Below, in pieces: positions 30,159-38,041 of a stretch of 64,000 nucleotides of DNA; position 1 is the first letter of the stretch, and the number at the start of each line of letters is the position of its first letter. Origin of the DNA: Minisyncoccia bacterium. GTDB taxonomy: Bacteria > Patescibacteriota > Minisyncoccia > Phycocordibacterales > CAIZLB01. The position numbers and the translations under genes are program-made. The stretch is taken from contig JBGSHK010000009.1 of assembly GCA_041752275.1 (NCBI GenBank), forward strand, positions 19,156-83,155, given 5' to 3'. The notes beneath the pieces are model-generated. The model was given only the letters and a program-made list of their open reading frames with translations. It was not told the DNA's origin and did no database searches.

Positions 30159-31724
30159 ATGTCAAATCTTACAAAAAAACAAAAAGAAACTTTCGACTAT
30201 ATAACTAAGTATATAGATAAAAATAGTGTATCCCCTACTATGGAAGAGATTAAGAAAGGTCTTAAACTCAGTGCTGTTTCTACCGTACATGAACACATTC
30301 AATCCCTCAAGGAAAAAGGTTTTCTTTCTAAGACCAAAAGTCTTTCACCTAAAAAAGAAATAAAATCCATACTGAGCATTCCTATCATAGGTACCATAGC
30401 AGCTGGTTATCCAATTGAAGCTATAGAAAATGGCACTGATAATGTTTCAGTTGTAAACAGCTCTATAAAAAATCCAAAAGATTATTATGCCCTTAAAGTT
30501 ACTGGAGAAAGTATGATTGATGAAGGTATATTTGATGGAGATATAGTAGTGATAAAAAAACAATCTGTTGCTGAAAACGGTCAAACTGTTGTAGCTATTA
30601 TAGATAATAACGAAGCAACTCTTAAAAAGATATATAGAGATAAAAACAGATTTCGCCTTGAACCCAGAAATCAAACAATGCTTCCGTTTTATAGAAAAGA
30701 AGTTGAGATAAGAGGTGTAGTTGTTCAAGTTATAAGAAATATAAATCAAGAGGAAAAGAAGATTACAAAAACTAAAACAAAACATGGTTTTGATACCATA
30801 GACTTATTTGCAGGAGTTGGTGGTATACGTTTAGGTTTCGAAAATGCTGGGTTTAAAACAGTATTTGCAAATGATTTTGAAGCTAAATGTAAAGACACAT
30901 ACGATTTAAACTTTAAAGATTCAAAACTTGTAGTAGAAGATATTAGAAAAGTTGGAATAGATGATTTACCAAATTTTGATTTCTTGCTAGGAGGCTTCCC
31001 TTGCCAGGCATTTTCTATAGCTGGTCATAGACAAGGCTTCAAGGATGAGAAGGGTCGTGGTAACCTGTTTTTTGACGTTGCGAGAATTATAGAAGCAAGA
31101 AAACCAGAAGGATTTTTATTAGAAAATGTTAAAAATCTTAAAAGCCATGACGAAGGTAGAACATTTAAAATAATCATTAAAACTCTTGAAGATCTTGGAT
31201 ATCATATAAAATCAAAAGTTTTAAATAGTATGGAATATGGAAACATTCCACAAAACAGAGAGCGTATATATATTGTCGGTTTTAAAAATAAAGATTATTA
31301 TGACAAATTTGAATTCCCTGCTCCTGTAAAATTAACAGTTAAGATTACAGATTTATTAGAAAAGAATGTTGATCAAAAATATTATTATAATGACAAACCT
31401 TTATATGAAAGAATAAAGGATTCTGTAAAAGACATAGGAAAAGTATATCAGTGGCGTAGACAATACGTAAGAGAAAACAAAAGTGGAGTATGCCCTACAT
31501 TAACAGCCAATATGGGTATGGGTGGACACAATGTTCCAATAATAAAAGATAAGAAGGGTATACGAAAATTAACACCAACTGAATGTGCAAGGATACAAGG
31601 TTTTCCTATTGATTATAAGTTACCTAAGATAGCTGATTCTGCGTTGTATAAGCAGTTTGGAAACTCAGTGAGCGTGCCTGTTATTAAAGCTGTTGCTAAG
31701 CAGATGATGAAGGTGATGAACTAG
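30159..31724 (+). CDS. LexA repressor fused to a DNA (cytosine-5)-methyltransferase
   Basis: aa 1-~195: LexA wHTH, IAAG (A82-G83), GESM (S118), TLKK (K156); aa ~210-521: DLFAGVGG, GFPCQAFS, ENV, QNRERIY, YKQFGNSV. Confidence 0.93.
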   Translation: MSNLTKKQKETFDYITKYIDKNSVSPTMEEIKKGLKLSAVSTVHEHIQSLKEKGFLSKTKSLSPKKEIKSILSIPIIGTIAAGYPIEAIENGTDNVSVVNSSIKNPKDYYALKVTGESMIDEGIFDGDIVVIKKQSVAENGQTVVAIIDNNEATLKKIYRDKNRFRLEPRNQTMLPFYRKEVEIRGVVVQVIRNINQEEKKITKTKTKHGFDTIDLFAGVGGIRLGFENAGFKTVFANDFEAKCKDTYDLNFKDSKLVVEDIRKVGIDDLPNFDFLLGGFPCQAFSIAGHRQGFKDEKGRGNLFFDVARIIEARKPEGFLLENVKNLKSHDEGRTFKIIIKTLEDLGYHIKSKVLNSMEYGNIPQNRERIYIVGFKNKDYYDKFEFPAPVKLTVKITDLLEKNVDQKYYYNDKPLYERIKDSVKDIGKVYQWRRQYVRENKSGVCPTLTANMGMGGHNVPIIKDKKGIRKLTPTECARIQGFPIDYKLPKIADSALYKQFGNSVSVPVIKAVAKQMMKVMN

Positions 31725-31726
31725 AA

Positions 31727-32296
31727 TTACCAAAGCTTAACTTTTGAAGCTAGTGGTTTTATATTATGTTTTATTATTATATCTTTTTTTATAGAAAATC
31801 TAGGTCTTCTTTTATCACCTTGCTGATCTTTCATTGCTTGTGATTTATTAACTTTATTTCCATAAATTAAATCATTTGGTATTAAATAAATATCAAATTT
31901 ACCATCAACTTTACCTTCGTTATAAAAATCAAGAAAATATAAATCATCCCATTTAGATTTTGGGCCAAATGAAGTTAAATCTTCTTCTACGCTACAAGCT
32001 TTTATTTGCTCAGCTCTCATTTTTTTAACATTAACTGTATCAAATGAAGTATTTGATAACTTTTTAGCTTTTAAAAGTCTAGCTGATGAACCTTCAGACC
32101 ATATACAAAAAGCTGCTTCTGATAAACCTTCGGGAAAATTAGGTTCTCTGGCTTTATAATCTCTCATACCCATTTTTAAATCTCTCCATTTATCAAACAT
32201 AAACTTCCAGGTTTTACCATCAGATTTTATAAACTCCATAACACTTAAAACACAGTCTTGGTTAAATATTTTAGCTTCTATTGTGTTTATTCGCAT
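31727..32296 (-). CDS. Type II restriction endonuclease, Bsp6I-like family
   Basis: REPNFPEGLSE, SFD, QIKACS...DLTSFGP, QQ..KRRPRFSI; convergent with the MTase (2-nt gap). Confidence 0.8.
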   Translation of the reverse strand: MRINTIEAKIFNQDCVLSVMEFIKSDGKTWKFMFDKWRDLKMGMRDYKAREPNFPEGLSEAAFCIWSEGSSARLLKAKKLSNTSFDTVNVKKMRAEQIKACSVEEDLTSFGPKSKWDDLYFLDFYNEGKVDGKFDIYLIPNDLIYGNKVNKSQAMKDQQGDKRRPRFSIKKDIIIKHNIKPLASKVKLW

Positions 32297-32338
32297 ATAA
32301 AAAATATATTACCACAATATAGAATTTTTACACATTTA

Positions 32339-33364
32339 TTAAAATTCCCCTGAAACTGTTTTAGTATTAGGCATATATATACTCAACCTATCCTCTTCGT
32401 TAAATAAATCAAATAAAAAGTTCAACATATCACTTACGCCCTTAAACGCTTTCATTGCTTCTTTATATGAATATTTTATATTTTTACCGTGTGCAACATC
32501 GTTTCTATACTCTCTTGAAAAATTAGACCAGTTATTATATTTTTGTTTAAAATCATTATTATTATCAATATTGATAGTAAACTCCTCTTTTATGATATTC
32601 CTAAGAAAAGAAGTTATACTAAGAGGGTACCCTTTTTTGTCTTCAAACTTTTTATCAATTTTATCAGAAGATAAACCTTTATTTTCAAAATATTTTCTAA
32701 TCATTTGAGCATATTTTGCCTCAAATAAAATCTCGATTAATAAAATAGCAATATTGTAATCTTCGGTCATTAAGTATCTAGAAGCAGAGAAAGAAAGAGT
32801 TTGTAAATCATCTACTTTATTTTCATTTAAAATTAACTTTCTTAATAGTTCATCCTTTTCTTTGTCAATATTTGACCCTAATCCCTTTCCTGTACCCAGA
32901 GTTCCTTGAGTAAAAGGGTCTTGATTACCCTCCTGATCAATACCTATAAAAGTAAAATGTGCTACGTGCGCATCTGTTAATGGAAATATCCAAAATGAAC
33001 CCATCACCAAGGCATAATTTTTAACAAATTGATTAAAGGCTTTTAAGGTAAATTCTTTTATTATTTCTATATTATTTCTAAAGTTTTCAATATTATATTT
33101 ATTTATAAATTGACTATCAAACCATATCTGAATAATACTATTATTTAATCTACCAAACATATCTTCAGTTGCAATCATGACACCACCCAAGTCTTTTAAT
33201 TTCTTTTCAGATCTAATCATCACATGAATATCTTCTATTAAAAATACATAATCTTTATATTCGCCAGTGACAGACTCTTTCTTCATTGAATCAGGTAACA
33301 TAAGAACATAAGGGATTTCAAATTGAACTATTATATTTTTTAGACCTATTTGAGCGCACGACAT
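32339..33364 (-). CDS. Hypothetical protein with C-terminal HEPN-like RxxxxH motif (true start may be a downstream Met)
   Basis: YRNDVAHG preceded by helical AILLIEILFEA; AT-rich; abuts tRNA-Glu. Confidence 0.65.
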   Translation of the reverse strand: MSCAQIGLKNIIVQFEIPYVLMLPDSMKKESVTGEYKDYVFLIEDIHVMIRSEKKLKDLGGVMIATEDMFGRLNNSIIQIWFDSQFINKYNIENFRNNIEIIKEFTLKAFNQFVKNYALVMGSFWIFPLTDAHVAHFTFIGIDQEGNQDPFTQGTLGTGKGLGSNIDKEKDELLRKLILNENKVDDLQTLSFSASRYLMTEDYNIAILLIEILFEAKYAQMIRKYFENKGLSSDKIDKKFEDKKGYPLSITSFLRNIIKEEFTINIDNNNDFKQKYNNWSNFSREYRNDVAHGKNIKYSYKEAMKAFKGVSDMLNFLFDLFNEEDRLSIYMPNTKTVSGEF

Positions 33365-33438
33365 GGTGACCTCACGGAGAATCGAACTCCGATTAACAGA
33401 TTGAGAACCTGTTGTCCTAACCGTTAGACGATGAGGCC
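33364..33438 (-). tRNA. tRNA-Glu(CTC)
   Basis: GGCCTCA/TGAGGTC acceptor stem, anticodon loop TTCTCAA, GTTCGATTC T loop, encoded CCA. Confidence 0.93.
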
Positions 33439-33524
33439 ATACAAAGAATATATCACAAGATTAACAATAAAAAAAGCGCATCAACCCGACAAGGTCAACA
33501 CACTCTATTTTTCGAATCAATCCA

Positions 33525-34214
33525 CTATTTCAACAAAAACCGGAGCGTCGACACAACCCTTATCTTCTTAAACTCAGGGGACCCTGGATCTTTCTCTGAT
33601 ATATCAAACACACCCTGATTCCCTCTTGTCACAGCACCCAAAGAGGCCCCTGACTCTGTAGCAAAGTTTCTAGCTGTATCTTTTGCATTTTTAATACTTT
33701 CACTAAGCATCTCTGGCTTCACACTGTTTATATCTGAAAACTCAAAGTTTATAGAGTTCCCACTTAAAGTCACACCTCTTTTAACCAAAGCTAAAGTTTC
33801 TTTTGAGGTAGACTTAACTAGATCAACTTTGTTTGTATAAACAGACATTTGATTTGTAGAGTTATATCTAAAAGCGGCATCTCTATATGTATCTTGATAA
33901 ATATTTATCGGTGCTATATTTATCTCACTTTCTTCAAAACCTTTTTCTTTTAAGAAATTTTTAATAGTTGTAGTATTACGCTCTATATCAGCATATAAAC
34001 TATCGATATCATTTGACTTAATATCAAAGTTTAGATTCCAGATAGCAACATCAGCTTTAACTATTTTTTCTGACAATCCTTTCACTTCTACATAAGCACC
34101 TTGATCAGAAAATGATCTGGCCGAGATGAGAAATATTAAAGAAAATATCAAGACGGCTGCGGCTGCTATTATTCCTATTTGTAATGTAGTGTTGTTTTTG
34201 ATTTTTTCTAACAT
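33525..34214 (-). CDS. SIMPL domain (DUF541) protein
   Basis: VEVKGLSEKIVKADVAIW, NQGVFDI, KKIRVVST. Confidence 0.88.
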   Translation of the reverse strand: MLEKIKNNTTLQIGIIAAAAVLIFSLIFLISARSFSDQGAYVEVKGLSEKIVKADVAIWNLNFDIKSNDIDSLYADIERNTTTIKNFLKEKGFEESEINIAPINIYQDTYRDAAFRYNSTNQMSVYTNKVDLVKSTSKETLALVKRGVTLSGNSINFEFSDINSVKPEMLSESIKNAKDTARNFATESGASLGAVTRGNQGVFDISEKDPGSPEFKKIRVVSTLRFLLK

Positions 34215-34261
34215 GTATTAAGTATAGCACCTATTGATTTACAATATGCAGATCTTTATAA

Positions 34262-34412
34262 ACATAAAACACCTCATAGAATGAGATGTTTTACTACCTG
34301 GATGGACGGTATCAACCTTAATAAGGTTCGAGTTCCATCATAAGACCTGCCGTGGCGCACCGATCGTCTCAAAATATATTCTATAGATAAACATTTTCCA
34401 CTGTTCAGATAT
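34262..34412 (-). ncRNA. Candidate ~150-nt small RNA (or tiny-peptide transcript)
   Basis: Minus-strand TTGACA-16-TATTAT (34446..34419), internal GATGGA/TCCATC and AACCTT/AAGGTT stems, terminator-like hairpin at 34266..34292. Confidence 0.4.
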
Positions 34413-34454
34413 GTATATATAATATCAAATATACTTTCAATGTCAAACTAGGTC

Positions 34455-35195
34455 CTACTTATAAAAAATCTTATCACCAAATCTCACATCAACATATTCT
34501 AACTTACCCTCACCTCCTTTATACTCAGCTTTAAACAAAGCAACATTTCTCATAGTTGTAGTCGCATTGTTCAAAGCTTTTATATAATACCCATACTCTG
34601 TAAACATACGCAGATCTTCACCTTCCATAACCACTTTCATAACTTTGTTCTGTGTTAAAAAACTCACAAAAGTTTTATCTATACATGTATCTACACAAAG
34701 TGCTTTATCATAAAAGTTTAAAGGTGTACTTGAAGCAATTTCCCACTTAGTAAAAACTGCTCCGGTGTAGTCAAAACTTTTTTTGAAAATAGTCCCTTCG
34801 TCATCAAAGAAATAACACAACTCATCACACCAAACACCTGTCGCCATTCTATCTTTTATGGAAATAACAACGTCCATATCTTTGGTCTTACTAACATCTA
34901 CAAACTCTACCGATGGATAGGTTTCAAGTATGTGACGTTCTATCTGTCTCTTCGATAAAAATATTATATGATTATTTGGAATAATCAAAAACTTTTTAGT
35001 TTGAGTTATGTTATATATATCTGTTTTTACTGCTTCTATATCTGTATGTTTTGCATCTATTATCTCAATATTGTTTATTTTCCAAAATACTCCATAAACG
35101 AACCACCAAAGAAAAGCTAAAAATGCTATCAATGAAATAATTGATATTATTTTTGCAAAAAAGTTTTTCTTTTTATTTGATGATTTCAATACCAT
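34455..35195 (-). CDS. FtsQ/DivIB-like cell division protein
   Basis: Single N-terminal TM, POTRA-like region, C-terminal LEYVDVRFGDKIFYK. Confidence 0.7.
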   Translation of the reverse strand: MVLKSSNKKKNFFAKIISIISLIAFLAFLWWFVYGVFWKINNIEIIDAKHTDIEAVKTDIYNITQTKKFLIIPNNHIIFLSKRQIERHILETYPSVEFVDVSKTKDMDVVISIKDRMATGVWCDELCYFFDDEGTIFKKSFDYTGAVFTKWEIASSTPLNFYDKALCVDTCIDKTFVSFLTQNKVMKVVMEGEDLRMFTEYGYYIKALNNATTTMRNVALFKAEYKGGEGKLEYVDVRFGDKIFYK

Positions 35196-36447
35196 TCATG
35201 TAAGGTCTTAAAACTGCAGGAATCACTATTGATCCATCTTCTTGTTGAAAATTTTCTAATATGTTTACCAAAACTCTAGGTGTTGCTATAGCTGTGTTGT
35301 TAAGAGAGTGAGCAAATCTAAGTTTACCTTCGTCATCTTTGTATCTGATGTTAAGTCTTCTTGTTTGAAAATCATGAAAATATGATGCAGAGTGAGTTTC
35401 TCTATATGTGTTCTGACTTGGTACCCAAGCTTCTATGTCATATTTTTTAACATGACCTAAACCTATGTCAGCCGTACACATAAGTATAACTCTATATGGT
35501 ATCTCAAGTGATTGCATAAGATCTTCTGTATTTTTCAAAAGCTCTTCATGAAAGTTTACAGACGCTTCATGACTAGCCTCACAAAGTATAACTTGCTCCA
35601 CTTTATAAAACTCATGAACACGTATAAGACCTTTTGTATCACGACTATGACTTCCCGCCTCACGACGAAAACATGGTGACCATGCAACCATCTTTTTTGG
35701 TAAATCTTTTTTATCTAACACTTCACCAGAATAATAACTCATAGTCGCCACCTCTCCTGTACCTGCAAAATATTGATCATCTTGTGTTCTATACAAATCA
35801 TCTTCTCCTTGTGGAAGATAACCTGAACCTAAAAGTGTCTCTCTTTTTACAAGAGATGGAACAAGCATAGGATCATATCCTCTATTTATCAAAAAGTTCA
35901 TAGTATATTGCCACAAAGCCATCTCTAGTTGTGCACCAGCGCCTTTCAAAACATAACCTCTAAAACCTGATATCTTTGTACCCCTTTCAAAGTCAGCCAA
36001 ACCTTTTTCTTCACATATTTCTATATGATTTTTTATAGGAAATGAAAAACTCGGTACTTCACCCCATGTTCTTAACTCTTGATTATCATTTTCACTTTCA
36101 CCTTCAGGTACAGACATGTCTGGAATGTTTGGAACTTGTAACATAAGTTCATGCCAGGCTTTCATAACTTCACCCAACCCCTCTTCTTCAGCTTTGATTT
36201 CATTTTTTAAAACAGTCATTTTTTGCATTAAATCCTCCTTTTGATAGTTTGAACCCAAATGTTGTGGATTTGCTATAAAAAGACCATATTTGTTTTGCTC
36301 AGCTTTCTTGGCTTCTATGCTGGCCATAATAGTTTTTCTTTTATCATCAACCTCAACCAAAGACTCAACATCGAAAGAAATCCTCTTTTTTCTAGCTGCT
36401 TCCTTTATAAAATCTTTATGCTCTCTGATAAATTTGATGTCTAACAT
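35173..36447 (-). CDS. serS: Serine--tRNA ligase
   Basis: MLDIKFIRE, CFRREAGS, GLIRVHEFYKVEQ, HSLNNTAIATPR. Confidence 0.97.
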   Translation of the reverse strand: MLDIKFIREHKDFIKEAARKKRISFDVESLVEVDDKRKTIMASIEAKKAEQNKYGLFIANPQHLGSNYQKEDLMQKMTVLKNEIKAEEEGLGEVMKAWHELMLQVPNIPDMSVPEGESENDNQELRTWGEVPSFSFPIKNHIEICEEKGLADFERGTKISGFRGYVLKGAGAQLEMALWQYTMNFLINRGYDPMLVPSLVKRETLLGSGYLPQGEDDLYRTQDDQYFAGTGEVATMSYYSGEVLDKKDLPKKMVAWSPCFRREAGSHSRDTKGLIRVHEFYKVEQVILCEASHEASVNFHEELLKNTEDLMQSLEIPYRVILMCTADIGLGHVKKYDIEAWVPSQNTYRETHSASYFHDFQTRRLNIRYKDDEGKLRFAHSLNNTAIATPRVLVNILENFQQEDGSIVIPAVLRPYMNGIEIIK

Positions 36448-36531
36448 GTTTTTGTTTTTTATTTTTTCTTGATATATTTTTTATAACTTCTTTATAAAAA
36501 TATCATATCATAAAAGCTATGATATTTCTAT

Positions 36532-37218
36532 ATGAAAACAAATAGCATAACAAAATTTAACAAACTGATAGACAACATACCAGACAAGCCTAAGGAGCTT
36601 TTCTATGAGGGTAACATTGATTTACTGGGTGGAAATCACCTTTATCTATGCATTGTAGGTCCAAGAAAAGCTACGCCATATGGTATGCAAGCCACTGAGC
36701 ATATTATGGAGTTTTTAAAAGACTTCAACGTAGTTACAGTTTCCGGTGCCGCTTATGGCATAGATGGATTAGTTCATACTCTGTCAATAAAGCATGGTAT
36801 CAAAACCATATGTATACCTGGTAGTGGTATAAGTGACGACTTTTTCTATCCAAGGGTACACCTTGATCTTAAACATGAGATCTTGGATCACGGAGGACTT
36901 ATCATAAATGAGTTTGAACCTGAGACGCGTGCCAGTCCTTGGACTTTTCCAGTTCGCAATCGTCTCATGGCTGGAATGTCACATATGACTATAGTTGTAG
37001 AAGCGGAAGAAAGGTCGGGTACTCTTATAACCGCAAACTTGGCAGCTGACTATAACAGGGACGTTTTAGCTGTGCCTGGAAACATTTTCTCAAGAAATTC
37101 ACAGGGTACAAATGAGCTTATAGATAAGGGAGCGAAGATTTTTGTAAATCTTGAAAGTTTAAGAGAGATGTTGATGCAACTTGGTGTGGTTTATGAGGTG
37201 GTTGTGCATAAGGACTGA
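36532..37218 (+). CDS. dprA: DNA-processing protein DprA (short form)
   Basis: IVGPRKATPYG, VSGAAYGID, FPVRNRLMAG, SGTLITA, AVPGNI. Confidence 0.93.
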   Translation: MKTNSITKFNKLIDNIPDKPKELFYEGNIDLLGGNHLYLCIVGPRKATPYGMQATEHIMEFLKDFNVVTVSGAAYGIDGLVHTLSIKHGIKTICIPGSGISDDFFYPRVHLDLKHEILDHGGLIINEFEPETRASPWTFPVRNRLMAGMSHMTIVVEAEERSGTLITANLAADYNRDVLAVPGNIFSRNSQGTNELIDKGAKIFVNLESLREMLMQLGVVYEVVVHKD

Positions 37219-37267
37219 CTTTATCTTTATGATTATCTGTGTTATATTTTTTGAAGTAAAAAACAAC

Positions 37268-37594
37268 ATGAACCTTATGAAATTTGTACGACGCATTATC
37301 GGTGCTTTTGGTTTTTCAACCTTTCATCTTCATAACGTATCCTTATTCAACACATCATCATTGTCTAATGTTATTCCTCCTGAAGTTAGAAGTGGAGATT
37401 TATTGACTGAAGTTGAAAAACAACTCAAGGGAAAAAATTTTTCTTTTCAAATAATAGAGTATAAAAAAAATGATGATGATATTCCTGTATGCATAAAAAC
37501 AAAGAATAACAGAGGATCAGGATACAGACCTCCCAAGCATATAAAACCAACCCGTAATCATGGTCGTCCCCAATCTGGAAGCAGAAAAAGATGA
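37268..37594 (+). CDS. Hypothetical protein (probable start MNLMK)
   Basis: 108-aa ORF with basic C terminus. Confidence 0.45.
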   Translation: MNLMKFVRRIIGAFGFSTFHLHNVSLFNTSSLSNVIPPEVRSGDLLTEVEKQLKGKNFSFQIIEYKKNDDDIPVCIKTKNNRGSGYRPPKHIKPTRNHGRPQSGSRKR

Positions 37595-37630
37595 TGTTGA
37601 CTTTTTTCAAAAAGAGCATACGATTATGGT

Positions 37631-37763
37631 TACGTGTCTGGCCATAAGACACTATGTTGGTTTGTGATTCAAAAAACTAACCTTCGCTTTAAGGTCGATA
37701 AAGATCTTGAAGGTTGTACCCCCGCTCGAGTCCCCGTTGGACTTAAGGAGCGGGTCTTTTTTT
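37631..37763 (+). ncRNA. Candidate ~130-nt small RNA
   Basis: TTGACT-16-TACGAT promoter; stems GTGTCT/AGACAC and AACCTTC/GAAGGTT; CCCGCTC/GAGCGGG terminator plus T run. Confidence 0.45.
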
Positions 37764-37835
37764 TGCTTGGTTTAGGGGGTTTTAGTGACGGTTTAGTGGT
37801 GCTTGACATTATTTCAGAGCATGATATGATACATA

Positions 37836-37984
37836 AGTCGGTTTTATAGCAAAACAGAGGCCCTCAAGAACGGCCATATCCCCCGTTCATTACAGCCCGG
37901 CCAACATGACCTAAAACCAAACCTAAACCCCTCTTCATTGTGGGTATCACCCCTTCCGACTTGTTCGGTCGGGGTGCTTTTTTT
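37836..37984 (+). ncRNA. Candidate ~150-nt small RNA upstream of topA
   Basis: TTGACA-16-TATGAT promoter; nested GGTTTTA/TAAAACC, GGCC/GGCC and GAACGG/CCGTTC stems; ACCCC..CCGA/TCGG..GGGGT terminator plus T7. Confidence 0.45.
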
Positions 37985-38041
37985 ATCCCCAAGTTGTCTA
38001 TAATTTGCTTTGCTCTATATATATATGTTATCACTATATGC

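Noticed and set aside
28900-33364. att-site duplication of the tRNA-Glu 3' end bounding the island
   Set aside because: No second copy found by eye, so the island boundary is unsupported
37940-38041. N-terminal extension of topA
   Set aside because: It runs through a terminator hairpin; the Toprim domain starts at ATG 38042
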